Positions 23,271 through 37,620 are shown, counted from the first letter of the whole stretch. The stretch: DNA of 63,708 nt, filler included, from Lenisia limosa (GCA_001655205.1; 17 parts of 17 records of this genome joined end to end with filler, not necessarily neighbours in it), one strand, 5' to 3'. Translations and numbers: made by a program. Notes: generated by a model not told the origin, from the sequence alone.

Positions 23271-25304
23271 ATTAAGCGTGGCTCTGTTTCCTAATAAGGC
23301 AATTGTGGGAGGGTCACTGTAGATCTCCACAAAGCCTTGAGTGGAAATTTTGGCATCTCGGGAGTCAAGCTGATGGGGGAGGGGGAGTAAAATGGGAAAA
23401 TTTATGAAACAAACAAAGCCCAAATCAANNNNNNNNNNNNNNNNNNNNNNNNNNNNNNNNNNNNNNNNNNNNNNNNNNNNNNNNNNNNNNNNNNNNNNNN
23501 NNNNNNNNNNNNNNNNNNNNNNNNNNNNNNNNNNNNNNNNNNNNNNNNNNNNNNNNNNNNNNNNNNNNNNNNNNNNNNNNNNNNNNNNNNNNNNNNNNNN
23601 NNNNNNNNNNNNNNNNNNNNNNNNNNNNAAAGCATAAATAAATTTTAATATTGCTCCACTAACGATATGAACCACATGGAAGGGGTGTCCGTATGCGTTC
23701 ACCCTTCCTTATAGTATTATTACATGTAGTATAGGTATAGGTATATTGTAATTAGGGTTTCACTTCGGTTCGAAATAAACCAGGAAAATTTTGATAGTTT
23801 TCGAGGATTTATCGAGACATTTTGTTTTTGAACCGAAGTGAAGCCCTAATTGTAATAGTATCCACTTACGATATGAACAACAGGGAAGGGCATGATGATG
23901 TCGTCGTTGTTATTAGTCCAGTTCCCGATAGGTTCGGCTATATCCAGGCGTGACGGTGCAGCGGTGATAGCGAATGGCCTAGGGTGGGTGAGGGAAAAGA
24001 GCAGAAACTTAGATAGGAAATGTGAGAAGGACGTGTAAATAGACNNNNNNNNNNNNNNNNNNNNNNNNNNNNNNNNNNNNNNNNNNNNNNNNNNNNNNNN
24101 NNNNNNNNNNNNNNNNNNNNNNNNNNNNNNNNNNNNNNNNNNNNNNNNNNNNNNNNNNNNNNNNNNNNNNAACACCACCGCTCCTCACTTGCAAGCAAAG
24201 CCATGGTCTTCAATACCAATGCATATTTCGTAGTTGTCACTCTGAACGGCGGGAACGGTCGCCACAATTACCTATGAAATCACTAGGTATAAGCAGGGCT
24301 TCATTTATACAAAATTTCGGTTCGAAAAGTAGTTAAAATATCGATAGTTTTCGAGGATATATCAGTCTTTTTTTCAACCGAAGTGAAGCCCTAGGTGAAA
24401 GGCGAAACCGATGGAATTAAAAGCGTTCTACCAAATACCACAGACATACAGTTATGTTACAGCCCCGTGTAATTCATTGAAAAAATAACTGCAAAATTTG
24501 AAATGTGACATATACTGTAATGTAATCTCAATTTCAGACACATTAACTTCTAATTGTGATAATTTCTTCAAATAATTTCTTGTTGTCCTAGAAATAGTGC
24601 TCTTTGTTACCCCTTCCCCCTTCTCTTTCCTGAAATCACACCTGACGGACTAAGCCTTGGATAACCCAAACCCATCAAATTACCCNNNNNNNNNNNNNNN
24701 NNNNNNNNNNNNNNNNNNNNNNNNNNNNNNNNCACTAGGGCTTCACTTCGGTTCAAAACAAGACTTCGAAGATTTAACAAGAATTTCAGTCTTTTTTCAA
24801 GCCGAAATGCCCTACTCACCCCCCCTCCCTCAAATTTTACGATTGTAACTCCCCACATACTCCTGAACTGAATAGAGCCGTACTCAGCTGAACTCTCCCT
24901 CCAGGAACCACCAGGTTTATCACCATCATTCTAGAAAGTAAAAAGAATGATATTTTGCATTATTCTAAAATGTTAGGCAATTTGCCCATTATTCAAAAAA
25001 GAAAACCAAATATTTATTTACCATCAGTCTTGCCCGATATTCACACTTTGAGTTTCGTCTTATTCAGTGATGAACATAAACAACCAGGTGTGTTTCAGCG
25101 GGAGTAAATAATTGCATATTCAGAAAAATTTACTCATTGATGAACTAAAAACACCAGCTTATTCAACTCATAAATACAAAAAAAAAACAACAATAACAAT
25201 AAAAAAAAAAAACAACAAGCTTACTCGGGGATGAACATGGTACCGAAAACGATAATGGTGCATCCAGACGAGGGGCAGGAGGCGGGCTCAATTCCGGATA
25301 TTGA
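23271..25304 (-). CDS. IPT/TIG (Ig-like) domain protein, internal fragment (exons 25225-25304, about 24200-24270, about 23860-23990, 23271-23369)
   Basis: SISGIEPASCPSSGCTIIVFGTMFIP resembles the IPT motif I..I.P.SG...GGT.I.I.G..F. Further GT-AG-bounded exons on the same strand. Confidence 0.55.
23753..23848. mobile_element. hAT-type MITE family 1, type copy. About 25 copies, e.g. 2515-2628, 3813-3912, 13957-14056, 24296-24393, 25365-25460, 36030-36125, 38950-39042, 43148-43245, 46242-46342, 48574-48670, 54567-54666, 61478-61560
   Basis: TIR TAGGGCTTCACTTCGGTTCG (subfamily TAGGGCTTCCCTACGGTCC) around a shared core. 8-bp TSDs: ATTGTAAT/ATTGTAAT (23745, 23849), TGAGAGAC/TGAGCGAC (46234, 46343), ATCATTAT/ATCATTAG near 3813. 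Confidence 0.92.
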
Positions 25305-27149
25305 CTGAAATGGTGACCCAATCAAATACAAATTAAACAGTAAAAAAATTAACGTAATAAAAGAAGGGCTTCACTTCGGTTGAAAAAGACTGAAATTCTC
25401 GATAAATCTCAAAAACTATCGATATTTTGCGGGTCTTTTTCGAACCGAAGTGAAGCCCTATTATTATTACATTAATTGCTCTCACCCCTCGTGTGTTGCT
25501 AGCCAAGAGAGTTGATTTTGGGCTTTTTTGTTCCAAAATTTTTCCAATTAACCTCCCCNNNNNNNNNNNNNNNNNNNNNNNNNNNNNNNNNNNNNNNNNN
25601 NNTTAATTAATTAANNNNNNNNNNNNNNNNNNNNNNNNNNNNNNNNNNNNNNNNNNNNACCCCCATACCTCCAGCATCAACATTCCGACGGTTACTGATC
25701 ATCGTTTCGCCAAAGAGTGATGTTCTGAATCCGTATTTCCTCGCTGCTACTGTCTATAGGATAAGGGACCGATCACAATTGTAATACATAGTAATACTAT
25801 TTCGATGTATGTATGGAAACACCCTCTTTTCCCATTATTTTGGTTTTTTTAGAATCAAAATGAAGACCTATCTTAAAATCGCCAAACAAACATCAGGACA
25901 GTAGAAGCAAGACACTGATGTGCAGGTTTCGCTTGCATGGGGGGCAGGGTAAAAGGCAATTGTTTGGTTGAAACTGGCATGGAACTGAATCGGATAAGAA
26001 AAGACTTTAAAGTAGAATATCAGATGAGTTTCATGAAGAAAGGTGAACAAAATTCACTTTCTGCATTGTCTAGTTTAGTCTTCAACTTAAGCAGCTGGAC
26101 AATAATACTTTGATGTTCCATGGAACTGCCAACAAGCTCACTTTGGCACCCCAGACTTCTTCAGAAGAGCTTGTGGCCCCGAGTATCATTTCTGTTGGTT
26201 TGAACTTCAAGTGTCGAACGGCAATGGAATGGTCTACTGACAATCCAACATTCTCAGTCTGCCATGGAATTAGTTTTTGCCCTGCAAAAAATAATTTAGT
26301 AGATATAATAGTCTTCTTCTTCTGAAACTATCTTGTTTAATTTGTCATTTCTACATATTAACCGTCATAGTATTATCAGAGTTATCAAGATCAATTGACT
26401 AAGAAGCAGTGAAAATCAAAAAAGCAAAAGATCCATGACGCATACAAAAGTCGTGGTGTAGAGCCAGTTTGCTGTTGGGTACTTTGTTGCTCTACCAACT
26501 ACTGTCCAAGAAGATCCCAAAAGATTCTATGGAAATTATTTTATGAAAATGAAATCATATCACTACTGGGGTTGTTTTCACACGGATAACTACTATTTTC
26601 CACGCAGAAAAAAGTTACCTCATATCCACTCGTGACAATTGAGCCACAAGTCTCAATAAAACTCTGATACACTCGGGATACACCCTCGTGTTATCTTCGT
26701 TCATCATTTTGCCTCGAAAGCCTGTCTTATGACCATATCACTAGTTGATATACATGTAGGTTAACATCATATCATAATGAAAGTATATATTTGACGATAC
26801 GGTTTGTTCAACATCTCTGAAAGAAAACAGTTTGAGCAAACCACAAGACAATAGCAATGCGTGATTTCACCAGTACTTAATCCAAGATTGTACAATCCTG
26901 TCTCTTCAGCTTCAGAGCATGATGAAACTATTGGGTAAAACATACAACACACAATACCCTTGGAATATTGCAGAAAAGATAATGAACCAACTATTACCTC
27001 AAATTCATCTGAACAGATGCTAAACACCACCCCCCTTTGTTCCACATCTGAACAGATGCTAAACACCCTCCCCTTTGTTCCACATACTGAGTTTGGTAAC
27101 TTGTTCCAACATGGAAACCTGAAGCAATCATCAGTCATATTTAGTGTTT

Positions 27150-27625
27150 TATTTCCGTTCGGTTCGGTAAATTGACACATATCGGTCGGTTAACCAAATT
27201 TAACCGACTTTACCCGACTTTTCAAAAAACACACACCAAAAAAAAAAACAGCCACATCAAGGTTTGAATCCAGCAGAGAGAGTATCGTCATAATTTCACT
27301 TACAATTTATTTCAAAAAAAACAATTGTAATCCATTATTGTTTTTTATTATTTCTGCGTTTTGGAGTGTCAAGGAAACAAAAAAGTATCGTTAATTTCAA
27401 AATTTACATCCTATTGCCTAAAATGGCATCATTAAAAAAAAAAAAAAAAAAAAAANNNNNNNNNNNNNNNNNNNNNNNNNNNNNNNNNNNNNNNNNNNNN
27501 NNNNNNNNNNNNNNTTGGTTCGGTAAAATGGCTTTTTGATATAAGTTCGGTTCGGTTCGGTTCGGTTCGTTAAATTGATTATATTAGAAAGTCGGTTCAA
27601 TTACCGAGCCGAACCGAAGTGAAAC
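27150..27625. repeat. (AACCG/CGGTT)n arrays at a probable transposon end (also 63615-63690)
   Basis: GTTCGGTTCGGTTCGGTTCGG and CCGAACCGAACCGAA runs that merge into the MITE-1 terminus CGAACCGAAGTGAA. Confidence 0.7.
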
Positions 27626-28483
27626 ACTGTCAGAATTTTATTAAGGAAGCTTTCTTGAAATACGGATACACGCAAAACATCATTCCCCTACTTTTTTTTG
27701 AAGCTCTAAAAGAAGGGCTGCAACATCGCCAACTATTGAAGGTGGGAACGGTAAGAGAAGTAACCTCCAACGAATTGAATTTTATGGCGAAGACTAATCA
27801 GTTCAATCATACACAATACACACCCTGCCCCCTCACCGTCAGTAACACTTAAAGAGTCAGCACTCACGGATTTTGCTGACAAATGTACACCAGAGGTACT
27901 GGAAATATTAAGGGAAGCAAACACACTGCTTTGGATCGAAAAATGACGAGGAATCAAATGGGGGACAATGGCAATTAATGGCCATGGAGCTAAAATTGAC
28001 CAGTAAACGAGACCCTCCTAACCTTTGCTGGATTATCTGTCCGTACACTAAAAAACAGAGAAGCAGAAGAATCATGAAAGATCTCATGTTGATTGGGTTG
28101 GAGCGTATTTCTTCTCCCGCTCACTTTCTGGTACTTTCTTTCTTTGTTCTTTCTTTCGGTGGTGGTTTTTTTTTTTGGGTGCGTGCAGCCCAAGGTGCGC
28201 AGGGGGTCGGGGTTCGCCAGCGCAAGCTGGCGAGTGTGCTCATGATGGCAACTATCCGTTAAAATAGTCTTTTTTTCGACTTTTATTCAAAGCACCAAAA
28301 AGGCCACCAAAGAGAACTGGCTGGGGAAAGAATTATAATATTATTAAAATATATATTTATATATGATATATTAAAAACACAAGAAAGAAGGATAGAAAGA
28401 AAGGTGGAAGAATTTGAAGCTGTCTGCAATACACACAACCCCCAATAGCAGTTTGTATGCTTTCGACGAATCTATCAAAACCA

Positions 28484-31400
28484 TATATTAGTGCCCACCA
28501 TTTGTGAGCCGATTCTTGACACTGATCTGACGAGTGTTTGTCAGGTTGCCCAGGCCTGTTCAACACAGGTAAGGATCATTTGCTTTTCTTTATTTTTGTT
28601 CTTTTTGAATCACAGGTATCCACATATCATGGCAGTATCTTGTTGGCTGATTTCACAGGCGACGGTTCCGTCAAGAATGATCTAACACCAATCCACCCAA
28701 CATTCTCTACACGCCCTAAACCCCGCCTTACCTAAAACAAGGTGATACTCTGGCCCTTATGAACTAATGAACCACCCTATAGCAATTTTAGTCGTGAAGA
28801 CTATAGTGCATATATACTTCTCCTTGTGCTGAAGTGACGTTCTCTTTGAAAGTTGTTCCTTTTGAAATCTGACACAAAATCCGGGCTTCTTTGTTGTGCT
28901 TCACATTCCTTATCATGTAGATGACAGACGACAGCAAAGGCTTTAGCATCTCCATCCCCCATGGATTCCAGGTATGTAACTTGGGGGTCACTGTCCCAGT
29001 CAGGGAGTTATTCACTCCCAGTGCCTGAATCTTCGCAAATAAGATTTAAGAGGGCCAGTAACGTAACGTTATTCTGCAAGAGCATCATAAATGATATAAT
29101 GCATCATCAGGAGGCGTAATGAGTTGTCAGTCAAAAACATCGATATGATATACTATCAATATTAACCTTGATTTAGCCCGTTGTGACAGTTCATCATCCA
29201 ACCAACACCCTCAATCGGGTAGTCTATGCACCATTGTCACGCCAGCCGTCTTTTGCCTGTCTTGATGACAAAGTACGATTCTTATATGACCTTTTTCTGT
29301 GCTTCTATTTCTCAGGGGAGAGGGAATATTGGGTTTAAAGAACCTGACACAAGCAATAACACCCCACACCCCCACCCCCGTGCTTTTTTTTTTTAAAAAA
29401 AAGGTAACATACATAATAGCCTATGCCGACAGAGTGATCCGGGGTCATATATATATATATACTACATTATATGAGCCGCTGTGAACCCCCTCTACGTTTT
29501 TCTTTACTATCTATTGTGTTATCTGTGTAAATGTATCTGTTGTTAGAGCTGTTGACATTCCAGGGTGTTCGAGTATGGGAAGGAAAAGGCACTCGAAGTA
29601 AGGTAAGCCGGAAGGATGCAATGGTTTATACGTTTGTTTGATTAATCTTGACGTATGTTCCTTCGATCACAAAGAAACTCACTTGCAGGTTGCCTTTCCG
29701 CCATACTCGGTGCAATTCTTTCTTTCAATGGCCTTCTGTCGAAAAACGGCCGTTTACGTTGTATCTGCGCGAGACACCTCCCTCAGGGTTTCTGGGGTAA
29801 TATATGTATAAAAGGGCAAATTGAACTTCTTGGAGAATCTTTGAACTTCCGAAGATATTTCCCCGGTTTTTTTCAAATCAGCCCTCTCATGCCCAGGTTT
29901 ATGACCCCGCCTTCAATGAGCTTTCATCAACACAAGCAGGGAATAGGTGTGTTGGGTCATTTTCTGGGTATCAGTTCTTTGTTTCAAAGCAAAGTTGACT
30001 TTTTGATCCTTCAACATAATCATTACCCCAAAGACAAGGTACACTGGTCTTTTTTTTTTTTTGAGATGGAATGTATACATATGATATCATAGTATAGTAT
30101 CATTTTATCTTCTTGTTTACTTGATCACGATACTTCAGGCCTGCTCTTTGCATGGTGTACTGTGAGGGGCCTGACCTTCTCGTCACAGCTGGAATTGGTG
30201 AAATCAAAGTGGGTCATCATCGCTTCAAAGCGTAGTTCTCTTTGAGTGGTAGCGATATTACATTCGTTCTGTAGTTTTATCACCTTATGATATCCAGTGA
30301 TGTAAAATAGTGCATCAGATAAAAACCTTGGAAAGTAACAGCAAGGAAATGTGAATGAAGTTTCAATCTGAAATAATATTGCTTGTTATTCTTAGCAATA
30401 ATGGCACATCATTCCTCAGATTTGGCTGGTTTCGAGACCCAGCGGTAACACTGTGCCGGTTGTGACGGAAGTCGACGTGTTGGCAGTTCCTGCGGGTATG
30501 ATTGGCGATACATTTGCAAGAATGGGGCGCTAAATAGTGCATCGAGAGGAAGATTTCAACAATTTTGTCTTTATACTGTTATGCTGTGTAAACTAATCGA
30601 CCTTTTTATTCTTATAATATGTCATATACCCATGTTCACGCGAATTTTATCCCGATTGTATGGCCATCTTAACCCCATCCCAGGGGATATGTGGTTCCAG
30701 GCGCTTCGCTTCGATTCCAGTGGAAGACTGTTCGCTCTTTCGGGAACAGATATTCTCATTTATAACTTGGTGAGCTTTCTAAAAGTATAAAATAGTCGAG
30801 CATGTTCAGTCACTTTTTCGCTGACTGTTCATTTCTTACTGTCAAGAAAACAAGACAACTTCTGGACCATTGGAAAAACGTCCACGAGCACACTGTGACA
30901 GACATTGTTTTTGAGGCATCTTCACGAACATTTGCAACCTCTTCAAAGGTAGGTTACACTGCATTGCTAAGTCTTTTTTTGTGATGATCTTTGTACCAAA
31001 CCAGGCATGAGCTTGATTCAAATTATGATTTTATTGGGTCAATGAAAATAAGGGACAACTTTTGGCACCGTATGTGTTTCCTTTTTAGGATGGAACTGTC
31101 CGCATTTGGGATATCACAAAATCTCTTGTACGGTCATTTACCGCCCATTCCAAGCCTGTAACTGGCCTGATTCTACACCCACACCAAGGTAAGGCAACAA
31201 GCTAAAAATGGCTGACTCAATAAACTCTCGATAATTTAGTTATTTTTATGTTTTCTTACCAATGTGAACCTTCACTTTTCATTGTTTATCAATAACTGAA
31301 GTGATATTGTTCACCAAATACCTTCTTAATATAATGATAGCATCAGGACGAACTTATCGTTCTTTACAAACAGTATATCTATAATATCGTAAGTCATGAC

Positions 31401-33017
31401 TTTGTATATATTTTCAAGAAGTCAGGAACTTTCCGCTATGAAGCACTTTCATTTCCTTAGGTCTCATCCTGAGTTGTTCCTTGGATAACACCGTGCGTCT
31501 TTGGCATTTGGAAACCTTGGAGGAAGTCTACCACCTCAATGCTGGTGGGAGCTGCTGGAGTTGATTTCCCCTAAACAAAAAAGCTAGTAGTATACTATAC
31601 GGTTTTTTAATATTGTTTTCTACGATAAGTATTAATATTTGCGAGACTTTTTGAAGCAACCGTCCTTTTGAGTTTAAACAACTAACTGGCAGGCTTCACT
31701 TCTGTTCGAATATCCAACAAATAGCCTCAATATTTATTATCAAGTATCATATTGATTTTCAAGGTAGTATAAGAATATTCATGGTCTCGAAGTGGGACTG
31801 TATTGATATGATCTGATACACATATGATCTATAGTATCGTGTTTGGGCTGAAGTGAAACCCTACTCGTGCATACTTCTAGTGTTAAACCCGACTACAGCT
31901 GAAATCGCATACTAATTCCCTGTTAACCCCAGCAGAAGCCCCGGTGCGAGGATTCGGATGGATAGACAACGAAACTCTTTTCTGCTTCACCCAGTCCGAC
32001 TTGATAGGTATGCAGTTTTTTTTTTTTTTTTTTCCACATACACTTTTTTNNNNNNNNNNNNNNNNNNNNNNNNNNNNNNNNNNNNNNNNNNNNNNNNNNN
32101 NNTTGTGATTTTTTTTTTTTCCAGTCATTTATGCAAGATTTTCTTCTTATTGTGGTATACAGATAACAGGATACTTAGATGATTCAGGTCACATGTTTAC
32201 TTGCTTTTTCTCTTCTTACTTCCCTGAACGAATCGTTTGTCGTAGTTTCTCATTGTGCAATTTCGCCCTAAGCCAGTTGTTCTTAAACGCCCTAATCATC
32301 ACAGTTTTGCTTGTCAACCACATCTACAATCTCTTCTCTGCCACACACTCCCCATTTATAAGAGGCGAAGTGGTCAAGGACAAAGAAGGCAACCAAGTCC
32401 TGGTAGGAGTTGTTGAAGGAGTTTTTTTTTCGAAATAGTTGCTTGTAGACCGAATTCAATCAAATCCAAGCAATTGTTATGGAAACATGTTATAGTAGAC
32501 ACATACTTTTACACGGTGGGTGGTAGGAAGCAAACTCTTAATAAAATATATTGGTATTTTCATTTCCTTCCCTTGTTTTGTGATCTCTCACCTTTATCTA
32601 GGCGTGTGTCTGTGAAGATGCGGGTATTCGCTTAATCAGTACACGAACAAGGTGGGATAGTAGATATGAGAGTCTCTTCGGTGATAAATATAGCTGAAAC
32701 AAAGCAATATTCACATTGCACATAATGTGATATTTGATAATATAGTATACTATACTATACTATGTAATAATATATAATATATGTGAGTTAAGTATGGCTA
32801 TTTGTATACATTCCCTGTCAACATTGCGTAATCCAATATCTATACTCTCATCTACACGCGTGGATTTTCACATCTGATATATGTAGTATATATGATAATA
32901 TATTAAAACTCACATCTTAGTAAAACCTTGGCTACAGCTCTACCCACTGCCACCTTGTATTCTCCAACCAGCATGGCTTACTCCCCTCACTTATCTGCTC
33001 TCTTTTCAATTCTCGAG
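28484..33017 (+). CDS. Large WD40-repeat protein, internal multi-exon fragment (boundaries approximate)
   Basis: Exons translate to ...VHEHTVTDIVFEASSRTFATSSK/DGTVRIWDITKSLVRSFTAHSKPVTGLILHPHQ/LILSCSLDNTVRLWHLETLEEVYHLNA, which are typical WD40 repeats. GT-AG borders. Confidence 0.8.
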
Positions 33018-34553
33018 GTATGCCCGTTTCCAATACTTTGAGTTGCATTGCAAGTATTGATTTCGACTTCTTTTTTGTACCCGTTTTCACTCCTTCCCTT
33101 TCATGTTTGTTCTTTCCCCATCTTTATTATTATTCTCTATTCTCTATTCGAAACCTTGCTTATGCTGACATGATTGTTACGGCACATCAACATGCAAATG
33201 GATCAGCAAAACAGACAACAAAGAGTATGACGTACCACTTAATCATTTAATCATGGTCAGACAGCTGGTCGTGGCTGGGGAACCAAAATATTAAAATATT
33301 ACAGAATGCACACACCCCACAACATTTCCTTGAAACAAGTTGACAGCTTTTAATATATACATACTGAGTTCGATCCCAACGCGCATTTAATTGAGAGCCA
33401 TTCATACATGTATTCTTTTCTATACTCTTTAGCGGGTCCCTTTGCACCTGCTTTCCGACATGCTATGTCTTCATACTTAAAAAAAAACAACAAAAAAAAA
33501 AACTTTGAAAAATATGCCACGAGATCAATATCAGGACATACAGTTGGAAGGCCACCTCCTCCGTAAACGATTGCTTGCTTGCTCACAGCGTCTGTTGAGA
33601 TCCGCTTCGATCTGCTTAGTATCATACTCATAGAGTTTCAAATCCCTCTCTTTCTTGCGCTGATTGTGCCTCCGAAGTAAATTGGGTAAAATACCATCAA
33701 TTTCGGTCCTCTTGGTGGAGCGTTTGGCGAGAAGAACCTCAAGCAGACTCGGAATAATGTTGACAAAGATGGGTCATTCAACCAAAGCAAGTTTTCTAAG
33801 CTTTATCTATTTGGCAGTTTTTGCGTATTTATTTTCACTCTTCCCCCTTTTCAACGAAATATTTGTTCAAAAGTTATGGGATCTTAATCAATTCTTAGTC
33901 TTTCCTCTCACTGCTTAGAATGGTGTGATGGTCTTCCATGACCTTTCCACTTCACCATGCTTATCCCTCCATGACACAATTCCTCAAGTTTCGAGTATGT
34001 GTTCTCTGTCATGTTTAAGGGGGGCTAGTGCGAAATTAGAATAAACTATATCATATAATAGTAGATATGATATGCAGTACATAAAGCTACATCTCATACG
34101 GAAAAAACACATATTATTTTCCTTGTATTATGTGTGTGATACAGCATTTTCAACTTTTTGTCTTTTTTTTTTGGAATAATAGGATACTATGTGGATTAAA
34201 TAGTAATATTGATTTTTTAAGGGGTNNNNNNNNNNNNNNNNNNNNNNNNNNNNNNNNNNNNNNNNNNNNTTAATTAATTAANNNNNNNNNNNNNNNNNNN
34301 NNNNNNNNNNNNNNNNNNNNNNNNNTGTGGAGACGTCCGACATTGAGGTTGTTTGTGCCCCTGGTTTTGCTGGTAGGGGGGTAATTGTGAGTTGAAGGTG
34401 GGGTTTCACTTCGGTTCAAAAAAAGACTGTATTTCTCGATATACATGTAGATATGATTATTATTTGTCATTTGTCATCTTCATCATTTTGTTATCTTTAT
34501 TGTCATCTTTATTTGAGATCTTCATTCTTGGTTTCATTCTTAAATATGTTTAG

Positions 34554-35904
34554 GCAAAATCTGCAGCATATGTGCCCATGGTTACTACATGGACGATGAA
34601 GGAAACTGTCTTGGTAAGGTTTTTGTTTATAAATGATATTGTATTACTTGGGTTGTGCGTAATTAATTGAAAAAATAATTTCAAATTTTGAAGTTGGACA
34701 TACTGTAACCAGAATCCCCTTTCAGACACTTTAATGTCTTATTTTGTCAGTTAATTTCTTCAAGAAATTAAGTGCATGGAGCCAGTAGTTACATAATAAT
34801 GATATTACTTGTGACATCTAATTTAAAGCCTGTTTCCCATTTTATTATTATTTTTTTTTTTTGGATTTTGTTTGGAGTTTTCACAATTTTCAATTCGTAA
34901 CTAATATCATTACGCATCGAAATTTATTTCGTATTACTCCGCATATTCTTCCAAACTAACTTTTTCAGCTGANNNNNNNNNNNNNNNNNNNNNNNNNNNN
35001 NNNNNNNNNNNNNNNNNNNNNNNNNNNNNNNNNNNNNNNNNNNNNNNNNNNNNNNNNNNNNNNNNNNNNNNNNCAGCTCAATATACCGGCTGCAAATTTC
35101 AAAATTCATTGTAGTGAATAGTATTGCGTCCTACCACCACCCCACTCTCCCCTCACTTGAAACTTTTTTGATGTAAAGGCTCTATTGAAACTGGGGACTT
35201 TACACTGCGAAAATTTCACTTATCGATAGCTCATTGACAGACCATTTTTAAAAAAACAAGAGCAATAATTAGGGCTGCGTGCAATTATTTGAAAAAATAT
35301 TTCTAAAATTTGAAGTGGGATGTAGTGTAACCAGAACACCTTTTCAGACTCTTTAATTTCAGATTTTGTCAATTAATTTCCTCAAAACAATAACTGCACG
35401 GAGCCCGAGAAATAATGTAATACATTAGAAATCTAGGGAAGCAAACATTACATGCTCTTTAGCAATGAGAATTAAAAAATAAGGTTTTATCTGGCCGAAG
35501 CCGTCAACACCATCATGCTTATAAGAGATATTGGAGTATAGTGTAATACCAATTTATCCAATCATTTGCCTTACAACTCTGTGCCCACAGCTTTCTGCGT
35601 GCCTCGTTAAAATAGTATACCACTATTCATCTGATCCTCACATGCACATTTACGCATAGAACTATGTCATACTACATGTACATAATATTTTATGTCATAT
35701 ATGTATACGTAATTATGTATATTATCATACATATTACTCATCTATACTATTCTCATACGTATTATGTTACATAAAGTGTCTTTGTTTTAAAATTGACACA
35801 ATCGCCAGGCGGTGTGTGCGACTGTTTACCAGGATATGAAGGGGCAAATTGCACGGACTGTGCAGCGGCTTACGTTCGGGACTATCATGGTGCTTGTGTG
35901 GCTG
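34554..35904 (+). CDS. Cys-rich EGF/laminin-EGF-like surface protein fragment (exons 34554-34613, 35809-35904)
   Basis: KICSICAHGYYMDDEGNCL and GVCDCLPGYEGANCTDCAAAYVRDYHGACVA (C.C..GY.G..C..C pattern). Confidence 0.7.
35270..35408. mobile_element. hAT-type MITE family 2 (also about 3318-3452, 24462-24590, 34645-34782, 49506-49619)
   Basis: TIR TAGGGCTCCGTGCAATTAATT...AATTAATTGCACGGAGCCCTA; TSD GCAATAAT/GAAATAAT at this copy. Confidence 0.85.
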
Positions 35905-37620
35905 GTGGGAGGGGTGGGGGCGTTTTAAATGGACGGGAATAGTGGGTGATTAAGAAAATTACATTTAGTTAATCCAATCTGTGGACACGCACTGCAACAC
36001 AATGGGGCCCTTCTTTGTCCACAGAGAGGGGCCTCACTTCGGTTCGGAAAAAAGACTGAATTTCTCGATAAAACCTCGAAATCTATCGATATTTTAAAGG
36101 TCGTTTTCGAACCGAAATGAAACCCAAGTACCCTTTATCTACCCCCCTTTTGGGCTTTTTTCTTTGTTTATGTCATAAATTTTCCATTTTACCTCCCTCC
36201 CCTACACACACACATTTTCTTGTAATACACTGAGCACAATAACCCCCTCTATAACGAGTGATGGGATGCGGTGCTGCAGAANNNNNNNNNNNNNNNNNNN
36301 NNNNNNNNNNNNNNNNNNNNNNNNNTTAATTAATTAANNNNNNNNNNNNNNNNNNNNNNNNNNNNNNNNNNNNNNNNNNNNACCACTAAGTGTTGATTTT
36401 CTTTTTTTCCTGCACTAAATATTATTCTTTTGTCTCTTTTTTTTTGTTTTGTTTTTCTTCTCTTATTCTAGGACTTTCCACAATTAAATTGAAAAACAAT
36501 TGATAAAGATGATCTACTCAAAAAACGGCCAAGACCAAGCAGAATCCAACGATCCAAGACGCACGCCGTCGCTGATGGTGTGTCCCATGTAGGGCTTCAC
36601 TTCGGTTCGAAAAATATCGTTAATTTTCGAGGATTTTACTTTCAACCATCGTGCGGGCCCTGATTGCAACAACTTGAGTGGACTTAACTAAACACGGTGC
36701 TAAGTAAAATGGCGTGGGGGTCATCCTTCATATCCTTGAACACCCCCGTCATCCACGCATTTTCGTCGTAAAACAGGATGCGCTGGTTCTCAATTTCCAC
36801 ATCAGGTGCAGAATCGTCCAATGGTGACACCCAGGAATGCATCAGAGTAAGTACTTCGGGCTTGGATTGGGGCGTTTCAACCCACTGAAACCATAAACAA
36901 ACAGAATAAGGTTAAAAATGGTATCCTTGCAAACCTTGCGGGTTTCTGAACGAAGCTTGTGGTATTATTTTCCAAATACCTGGACNNNNNNNNNNNNNNN
37001 NNNNNNNNNNNNNNNNNNNNNNNNNNNNNNNNNNNNNNNNNNNNNNNNNNNNNNNNNNNNNNNNNNNNNNNNNNNNNNNNNNNNNNNNNNNNNNNNNNNN
37101 NNNNNNNNNNNNNNNNNNNNNNNNNNNNNNNNNNNNNNNNNNNNNNTAATGAAACGAGATAACAGATAGTTTTGTGACCCTTTAAACAAATGCTATTTAA
37201 AATGGTTGTCAAGGATTAACTTTTCTATTTTTAGAGGCCCCATTTAATGGAAGACTATTTGACTCTCAGTGCCACTAACTTGCATAACAAGCAGCTGGTT
37301 AAATCCAACAGGTTAGTTTCAACAATAACTGAATAACTGTCAGAACCAAAAAAAAACTGACCAATTCATTGTATTTGGGGAAAGTCCTAGTTTTTCTTTT
37401 CCTCAGTATTTACCTGTCTCTTGTTTATTTTCTGCTCTCTTTTACGTATTATGATGGTTTACCTCTTTCTCCTCACGATAAACTGACCGTGTGATGCCTT
37501 GTTCTTTATTCAATCATGCCACATACGTTTGATGTTAATATACAATGTTACGTACATATTATATTTCTGCAAATTTTATTCCGCATCCACCAAACTCTGC
37601 ATAACCCACCTCACCCCTAG

